Source of the DNA: a virus
Taxonomy: Duplodnaviria > Caudoviricetes
IMG/VR virus record: IMGVR_UViG_3300048597_000593
Span: 1-34,244 of that record
Length of the DNA stretch: 34,244 nt
Reading direction: 5' to 3' (one strand)
Part shown: in pieces, positions 14,698-23,600 of the stretch
How positions within the stretch are numbered: position 1 is the first letter of the stretch
How the letters are laid out: each line of letters begins with the position of its first letter
Position numbers and translations under genes: made by a program
The notes under the pieces: generated by a model
The model's input: only the letters and a program-made list of their open reading frames with translations
Databases searched by the model: none
Told to the model about the DNA's origin: nothing

Positions 14698-17600
14698 CTA
14701 TCGAATAGCCCGCCGCATTGCTTCCGCTTGTTCCCTGGCCAAGGTATTGGCCGAGGCGTTGAACCTATCCACCGGGGCATGGAAATTCTGCTCAATGGTG
14801 ATGCTTGGTCGGCGATCGCCGTTGGCCTTTTGGCCTTCTGCGGTGGCCAGGGCGGAGGGGTTCAGGTTGTAATTAGGACGGGAATTTAGCCCAGAAAGTA
14901 AATTACTTTCTAGATTCATCGGGGCCACCAGTCCCCCCAGGGCATAACCGGGTTTGATGCCTTGGTTGAGGGCATTTAGCAGGGGCAGCCCTAATTCCCG
15001 GGTAGCTTCCTTATTGAGCACATATTCCCCAGCATGGACAATGCCCGCCGGTTTATATTTGCCTCCCGGCCCCGTGTATCCCCCTTCACTAAAGCCAAAT
15101 AGACCACCGACCAAACTTTGTATCCCAGTGTTAATAAGGTTTTTGCCAATCTCCATCAGGGATTCCATCAGGGCATTGCCAAACGCCTGCAACGCATTTT
15201 CTCCCCGGAGCAAAGCATCAAAAAAGCTATTAAATGCTCCAGCCACGCCCATGCCGATACTCTCGGTTAGGTCGAGGAATTGACGATCAACCAAGGCCAA
15301 ATTCTGGGCGAGAATTTCCGCCTCCCGGTTAATGGCCGCTTGTTTTTCCGCCGCTGTGCCATACCGTGGATCGTTCAGAATCTCAAATTCTTTCTTGGCA
15401 AATTCCGCCCGTAGCCGCTCCTCCTCCATGCCTTGCTGCATGGTGGCCGCAGTGTAGGGATTGCGTTCCAAGCTGATCGCATTGGTGTTGAATCGTTGCT
15501 CCCGCTCAAAGGCAAGATCCGCCCGTTCAATTTGCCGTTGTCCGAAATCCCGTTCAATTTGCTCAATTCTGTTCAGGTAGCCCTGCCTGTTTTCCTCTAG
15601 CAGAGTCCGCTTTTTGTCGGTTTCAAAAATCTCCAGGTTGATGCGGGCTTCCTCTTGCTTAAATTCAATGGCCGCCTTGGCCATTTCCAGTTGCAGTTTC
15701 CGGGCTTCATTCCCCTCAAACTCCGCCCTGGTAATCGCTTTGGTGATTATCTCCAAGGCGATCGCCGCATCAGCACTTTCCCGCTCATACACTGCCCGCT
15801 GAGCCGAAATATCCGCCGATTTTTGCAGATTAGCTAGGTATTTTTTCAGATCCTCTGGCCTGTCGCCCATGGACAAGGTGGCCTCATTGGCCATGCTGGC
15901 CCGGTTTAACTCAATCCGTCTCAAGTCAGATTGAAGTTTTGCCTCGTTGTTGCCGGAAGCCTGGGCAATTTCCGACTCTAGCCCCACGGCTTGTAATTCC
16001 TGTTGGATGCTCCGCTGTTGGGCTTGAATTTGAATAAATTGCTCCGCCTGTCGCCGCACTTGGTCCAATTGGCCCAATTGCCCTTGGATTTCCGTCAAGG
16101 CAGATTTGGCAGCCGTCACCGATGCCCCAATCGTTTCCCGGGTCGCATTGTATCGGTCCAGAATCGGTTGCAATAGTTGCTGTTGTTCTGGCGGCAAAGA
16201 ACCAAATCCAGCGGCGATCGCCTCCATTTCTTGCTGAAATTTTTCGGTTCCCTTCAAGAAATCGTTAATGTCCCTGGCCTGTTGTTCTAGTCCCATCCGT
16301 TTATTGCGGAAAGTTGTCTCCAGTTCCCGCAAATCTGCCTCCGCCTGACTGGTCAAAGTCTGGCCGCCATAACGGGCGATCAGGTCAGCAAATTCATTGC
16401 GGGCATCCTGGGTAGCGTTAACGGTGTCCCTGGTAAATCCCCCAAATTGCCGGGATATTTCCTCAAACCTTTGCTGATTACTCAATAGAAATTGTTCTAA
16501 TTTCAATGCGGCATCCGCATCACTGAGATTAGCCAGGTCTAAATTCAAGTCCTGCATTTGGCTGGTCATTGCCCTAGCTCGGTCAATGTTGGGGTCATTG
16601 GCCGGCTTAGCTTGGGCTGTGGTGGTGGCGGCTGAGCTTCCAAAATTACGCTGGTATTCTGCGTAATATGCCATCACTGTTTTGACATGATTTTGGGTTT
16701 CCCTGAATGGAGGAATGCCGCCATATCGTTGGACATTGCCCGGACCTGCGTTGTAGGCCGCCAAACCAAGCTCAGGACTACCAAAAGCCTTGATTTGCTG
16801 TTGTAGGTATCTCGCCCCGCCAAAGATATTTTGCCTTGGGTCAAACACATCTTTGACACCCATTTCCCTGGCTGTTCCTGGCATTAGCTGAGTTAACCCC
16901 CTAGCTCCAGCAGGGGAAACAGCCCTGGGATTAAATGTCGATTCCTTCCGAATATTTGCGGCTAGTAACAGTGGATCTAGCCCGTATTGCTTAGCCGCTT
17001 CTTGGATAATGTCCCAATAAGGAATATTTGGTTTTTTGGCTGGGGTTGCCGATGATTGTGTGGCCGATGGGGTTCCCGGCATTCCTCCAACAACTTTTAC
17101 GTTTCTGCCATCAAACTTAATCAGCCCTAGCTTTTCATAAAATTTGATGGGGTCAACCGTTGCACTGCGATTGTTAAAACTTGCCTGCCCTTGGGCGTTG
17201 ATATTTTGGGTATGGATTTCGTAATGCAAAACCCCAGTCCCCGATTCGCCATAACCAACCGAGCCACCAGGAGCAATGACATCACCTAATTTGGCTGTAA
17301 GAGTAGCCATTTCAGCAATGCGCTCAACCACCTTTAACTGAGCATTATAAATATCAACAAAATGCCCATACCCACCGGGGTTGTTGCCTACCCTCGTTAT
17401 AGTTCCACCAATGAAGCTTTGGGCCTGTTGATTGCCTGAAATATCAAAGTCAACTCCCTGGTGTGCCCCTTTGCCTCGTCTTCTGTCGGCTCCCCATTGT
17501 TGCCCAGGGATTGTATTGGTTCGATAGGATTCAGTTACCCTGCCCCCAGCCGTTGCCGCTTGTTGTTGCCTTGCGCCACCACTGGCCGCTGTGCCCCCCG

Positions 17601-20600
17601 TTGCTGTGGAAGTAGTAGCTGTACCTCCCCCTAGGGAAGCCCGAAACGCATTAACCGCCTCCGTTGCCCCGGCCACAGACCGTTGGAAATCAACCATCTG
17701 ATTTTCCAGGCTGTAATTAGCTCCGGCTAATTGGAAGCGACGTTGCTGGGAACCCAGAATCGAATCCAGCACCCCAGCCGCTTCATCAAATAAACCTTGA
17801 ATGGATTGGACAACGCCATTGAGGAAACTGTTGGAACCAGGCACCAATGCCCGTTGCAGTTGTAACTTAAGTTGGTTCGATTTGAGTTGGTTGGTAGCTT
17901 TGGCAATTTCAAACTGAGCATCAACTATCTGTTGGGTCAGGTTCTGGAAAAAGTCATTTACCTGACGGGTAAGCCCAAATACACTTTCCTCTAGGTCGAT
18001 GGCATTCTGGGCGATCGCCTCTTGGGTTTGTTGTAATTCCTGGCGGGTTTCGATGATACGCTTGGCCAATTCCGCCACCGCTGTGGTTTGCGGATCTCGA
18101 TTTTCGCCAATGACTCTTTCCAGGGAAGCCAGATTCATTTCCAGCCCCCGTTCTAGTAGTTGCCGTTCTAGTTCCTGGTATTCCTTGGCAAATTGGTCAT
18201 CCTGCAATAGGGTTTCCTGTTGCCCCAACATTTGCTGTAAAAAGGCTTCCCGTTGCTGGGCTTCCTGCTGGGAAAGGTTGGCTAAGCCCACACCCCGCAC
18301 CGCTGACCCTGTGCCATCCTGCAAAGCTGTGGTCAGGTAATCAATGCGGCGACGGCTGGAAATACGCTCCAGGGTTTCGGAAAACGCCGACATACTTTCA
18401 CTGATTTTCTCCAGTTCCCGGCTCAGGGCATTAGTGGACATCTGGACAGAATTAACCAACTTATCGAAACCTTGCTGGGCTTCTTTCAATGCCCCCAGGC
18501 GATCTTCCAATGCCGCCCGCTGGGTTTGCTCTGCCGCCCGGGTGATACCTCCCCGAGCTACCAAAGCATCCAGGTCGGAGAGTGCCTGCTCCGTAGCGGT
18601 AATATCTTTGGTCAATCGTTCACCATAGGCAGAGGTGGCCGCCACCAAATCTTCCCGTTGGGCCAATAACTTTTTCTCCTCCTCCACCGATTTTTCGTAA
18701 GCTTGGCGATCGCCGGCGATATTTTCAAAGCGACGGGAGCGGACAACATTCAGTTGTTCTTCAATGGCGAGAACTTGCTCTACTCGTTTCTTCTCTTCAT
18801 TGCCGGCCATCACCGTTTGGTCAGCGGCCAACATTTGGCCACTACTTTGGATGATGAAATCGTTCATCTGCTTTTCACCCAAGGTGGTCAACCCCAATGC
18901 TTTGCGAGTGCCTTCTAGGTTTAGCCCCGTGTCAAAACCAAAGGGTTTCCAGGTCTGATCTGTAACAACGCCCCGGCCGTCAGTGGGCAGTGGATTTGAT
19001 TGCGAAGTAGTCTTATTGAGTTTTGCCACTGCCGCTTCATGGGCGATCGCCGCTTTAGTGGCTGCGTCAATAGAATTGGCATATTCCTTGAATCGGTTTT
19101 GCGTAACGTTGAATGCGGCCCCGAGAGCGCTTAACGCCAACTCCATTAAGGCAACATGGACCACAAACATCATTATGTGGGGACGGATCGCCGTGAAGAA
19201 TTTCATAATCACGGACTGCAACGCCCTGATTATCCCCATCGCAAACTGACTGCTTTTAACAACAGCAATTAGGGATTTGGCAAAGGAAAGACCATCCCAA
19301 GCCATTACCAACCCTGCCATGGTGACAATCCTGATTAGGGTGGGCAAGGCTTTTGTGAACAATTCAACTGCTGCAGTAGCAACGGCGATCGCCTCTTTCA
19401 CTCCCACAAACCAATCACCCATGTTTCTTTGCATTTCCAAGATGGCGTTTTGGTAACGGGCAATGGCTTGAGTGGTAGTTTCTGCGCTATTGGAAACCAC
19501 CGCATTTTCCGCCGCATACTGGGCCGCCACCTTGGGCAGCACATCCGCCGCCATGATGGAACCAGAAGCCATGGCATCATCCAACTGGGCTACGCCAATC
19601 CCCATAGACCGGGCTAAGGTTCCTTGGAAATCTAGCCCCGCAATCTCTCCTAATTGCCCCCTAACTTCCTCGGCACTAATTTTTTGCTTGCCCAACATTT
19701 GTTGGATCGCTGTGAACATTCGCCCCTGCTCTTCAGCATTAAGCCCACGAACGGATGCGGTTTGGGCAAAAATATCGAATATTTTCTTGGTTTCTGCTCC
19801 TTGGAGTGCCGTGCCTCTGGTGGTGGCCAATAAGCCCTGATAGGCTTGCTCGGCAGTTTGCAAATCAATGCCCAGTTTTTTGGCGGTGTCGCTGACAAAC
19901 TGTAATTCTGTTTTAGCCTTGGCAGAGCTTCCGGTTAATGCCACAAAACTACGGTTAAGGGACTCAAACCCGATCACTGCTTCAAAGCTAGCGGAGGCTA
20001 ATTGGGCAAAACCCATAACCATAGACTCCAGCGCCTTGCCGATCAGTGTCCCAGCAAAAAGCCCCAGCACAACATCACCCAGCTTGCCAATAATCGGGAA
20101 TGATTCTTTTATTTGTTGATAAAGTTCGGACATTCCCGAGGTGATGGATTCCACCGCTTCGCCTGCCCCGCTATCCACTTCTCGGATGAATCGGCGCACG
20201 TTATTGGCGGTACCTTCCCCTAGGGTGTCTAAGGCATCAGCAAAGCCTTGTATCACCATCTGTCCAATGTCGAAAAATTCCTCCGAGGGGGATTTAATAC
20301 CCAGGGCATCCTTTGCCCCTTTAATGGCCGCTTCTCCAATATCTATCCCGGATTGTTCGGCACTTTTTAGGTCGGCTTCAATGCCAGCGGTGAATCCTTC
20401 ATCAACACTATTGCCAATTTCCTGCCATAGCCCAGTGGCGGCCCGCCCTTTCATATTGGGCTGACCTTTGATTACTTCGTTTCGGAGCTTGGTAGATTCC
20501 CCGGACTTACCGCTCCAGAGCTTTTTGCCCTTGGCGGTGGTGACCTCTTGGCTCATCTGCTGATAGAGCACCTTCACCTGCTCGGTTTGCTCCAACAATT

Positions 20601-23600
20601 CCAACCCCAATGCTTTAGCCAGAACTTTATTCCCTTCGGCGATCGCCTGACGGAATTGGGATTTTTTCTGGTCTAATCCTTGGTTGAGGTTATCAATTTT
20701 GCCCCGGACAGCTTGGGCAATGTCGGCACCGGATTCCCGTAGTTCCGCTAATTCTGCATCTAGTCCGGTTTTGAAATTTTCCCGAATACCCTCTAGCCAC
20801 TGGTGCAAGTACGCCAAATATTTATCGGCTTGCTGTTTGGTGTCGATGGCAGGGCCCCACGCCGACTTATCAGCACCGCCAAATCCTTCTGGCTTGGGTG
20901 CGGCCGGTTCATCCCAAATGTCATAGTTGGCATTGGGTTCCACGGTCTTCGCTGTTTGTCCTCTGGATTTGACCCTAGCTCGACGACCACGACGGCGATC
21001 GGGTTCAGCGGTGGGAGATTCTGGAGCTTGGCTTGATTTTTTGCCTTGGAACACGCCACCAAGGGCATTGATCGCCTGACGACCCCATTTAACAAGGTTG
21101 CCGATAAAGGGTATTTGCTCCAGAAAGTCTAGAACACCGTTAAATGCGTAAATTACTGCTTGGCGGCCAGCTTCCACGCCATTAACTAGCCCATCTATGG
21201 ATTGCTGTCCGATTTTCGCCATCCGCTTGGAGGGGGAGGAAATATCTAGGCTGTCCTCGGTTCCTTCTGCCAGAGCATCACCGATTTCCCCGCCAGTGCC
21301 CCGCAGTTTGCCCCAAAAGCTTTTAATGCTATCGATCAAGTTCTCGACTGCATTACGTCCAACATCGTCAAGGTTCTCAAATTCAACCTGATCTGGTTCA
21401 AAGGCAATGGCAAAACCCCGATCTTTTATAAAGAGGGAGTCATAGCCCCGCTTTTGCAGAAGTTTAGTTCTGTCCCTGTCGTATTGTTCAAATGCTTGCG
21501 GATCTTTTAATGGCGTTGTTGTTTCAAACGGATCAACCAATTCGCCCGCATTTTCCGCCTCGGTAATAAGTTTTCGGTATTCAAGCTCATCAATAATTAA
21601 AGGGTTTTTGACTTTTAGTTTGGCTTTGAGTACCGCTGGACGGCGATGATCGTTGGCGTAACTTTGAGCCTCCGTTATGTCGTTGGCCATATAAAAGCCT
21701 TTGCCATACAAGGCATCTGTGGCCCGATCAACATCAATGCCTTGATTTCTGATAGACCTTGCCGCCGCTTTACTGGTGCCATGAAAGAAGTCCATCCGCA
21801 GGATTTCGGCAACTTCTTCTTTAATGTTTTCTACTTCTGCTTTTACTGCCTCCGCCGCATCCCGTAGGCTTTCCACTACACCTATTTCAAAGCCTTTGCC
21901 CGCCATCTCGCCCCGTTTCCGCATCTCCTCCGAGGGGGAGTGCATATCAAGGGATTCATCAATGCCATCTTTTGTTGCATCGCCAATATCTGCCGCCGCC
22001 GACTTAATATCAACAACATGGGACCTGACGGCATCCATAAACGAAATTGCCGCATTATCCCCTGCCTCTGCCATGCGCCCTGCTTCATCAATTACCTGGG
22101 TAACACCTTGGGAAGCCCGCCCCTTAGCAAGCGAACCTTTCATTACCTCCGTTTGCTGATGGGTAGCCGATCCCACCTGCCCCTGCCATGTATTTTTCCC
22201 TGCCCTTGTGCCAGCTTGCTTAGCCATAGCCCGGTAATAGGCCTTAAGCTGTTCTTCCTGGATTAAAATTGCCTCACCCACCGCCAACGCTATCTCCCGA
22301 TTACCATCGGCGATCGCCTGACGGAATTGGGCGACCCGATCATCCAGCCCGCCTCGTAGTGCGTCAATTTCTGACCTTAAGCCTTCTGGAATATTTGACT
22401 GTGTTGCCCGAAGCTGTTCTATTTGGGAATGAATAGCGGACTCCGTAGCAGAGCGCATTTCTGCCAAAAAGTCCGTCATTGATTGCCGCCAACTATCCGC
22501 CAATGGCAGTGGGGTGCCTGCGACTTGATTGGAAAAATCCTTCCCGGCCAAACGCACGTTATCCACTGCGGCAACAATGCCAGCCAGAGCGTCAAATGGT
22601 TTCTTTTCGGGCTTTATTCCTGTTGATTGGTCTTGAGAAATCAGCTTTTGTCGCTGATTTAGTAATTCCTGGTCGGTTAGGGTGGTGAAAGGAGCTAACG
22701 GGAAAGGAGTAACCCTGTCAATTGCTCTATTAACCGGAGCTGCCACCTTGCCAACGAGGGGGCCTTTAACACCCCTTGTAATGATTTCAGAGCCGACCTT
22801 GCCAGACAAGTAGGGGGCAACTTCACTAGTTACGAAACCATCTAAAACATTGTTCTCGATTACCTGATCGGCAATGTAATTACGAATATGCTCCGGCACC
22901 CCTGGGGCGATCCAACCCGCTAATTGATGCCCAGAGTTTTTTGCTGCCCCCTGTATAGCCCCAACACCTAAGCTACTAAATCTATTGCCCAAATACTCCC
23001 CGACAATGCCATCCCCGGCGATCGCCGTACCAGCACTAGATAACGCCTGCCGTGCCGGTTGCAAGGCCACCCGTGTCTGTCCATTCAAAAAGGATTTAGC
23101 AAAGTTGCCAACTAGTCCCCGTCCCAATGCAGAATTGCCAATGGCGTGCAATGGAGCAGAAATGGCTTTATTCAGACCTGGAGATAGCCCAGGTACCGCC
23201 AGATCCACATCTGGGGAGGTAATGGTTTTAATGGTGCGGTTAATGGCACCACCAAAGGAATCCTCTAACCAGGATGGAATCAGATTGCGAATCCAACCAT
23301 TAAGCCCCATGGCATTAGCGGCATCCCCTATACCCTTGCCAACTATAGTGCCGGAGGTATAGCCTACTGCCGCATTTCTGAGCTTATCAGGCAGAAACTT
23401 TCTGTTTTCCTTGAATTGCTTCCAGAATTCGCCTGTTGCTGGGTTTAGCCCTTGTTTTTGTAGTCCCCTAAAATTAGTTACATCGTCATAACCTGTTTCC
23501 CCTATTAATCGCCCAACTAGCCCCCCGCCGAAGCCGCCCATAGGGTGTCCCGTAGCCCCCCGCCCGATTACCATGCCGGGAACAGTAAAGGCGGTGGTCA

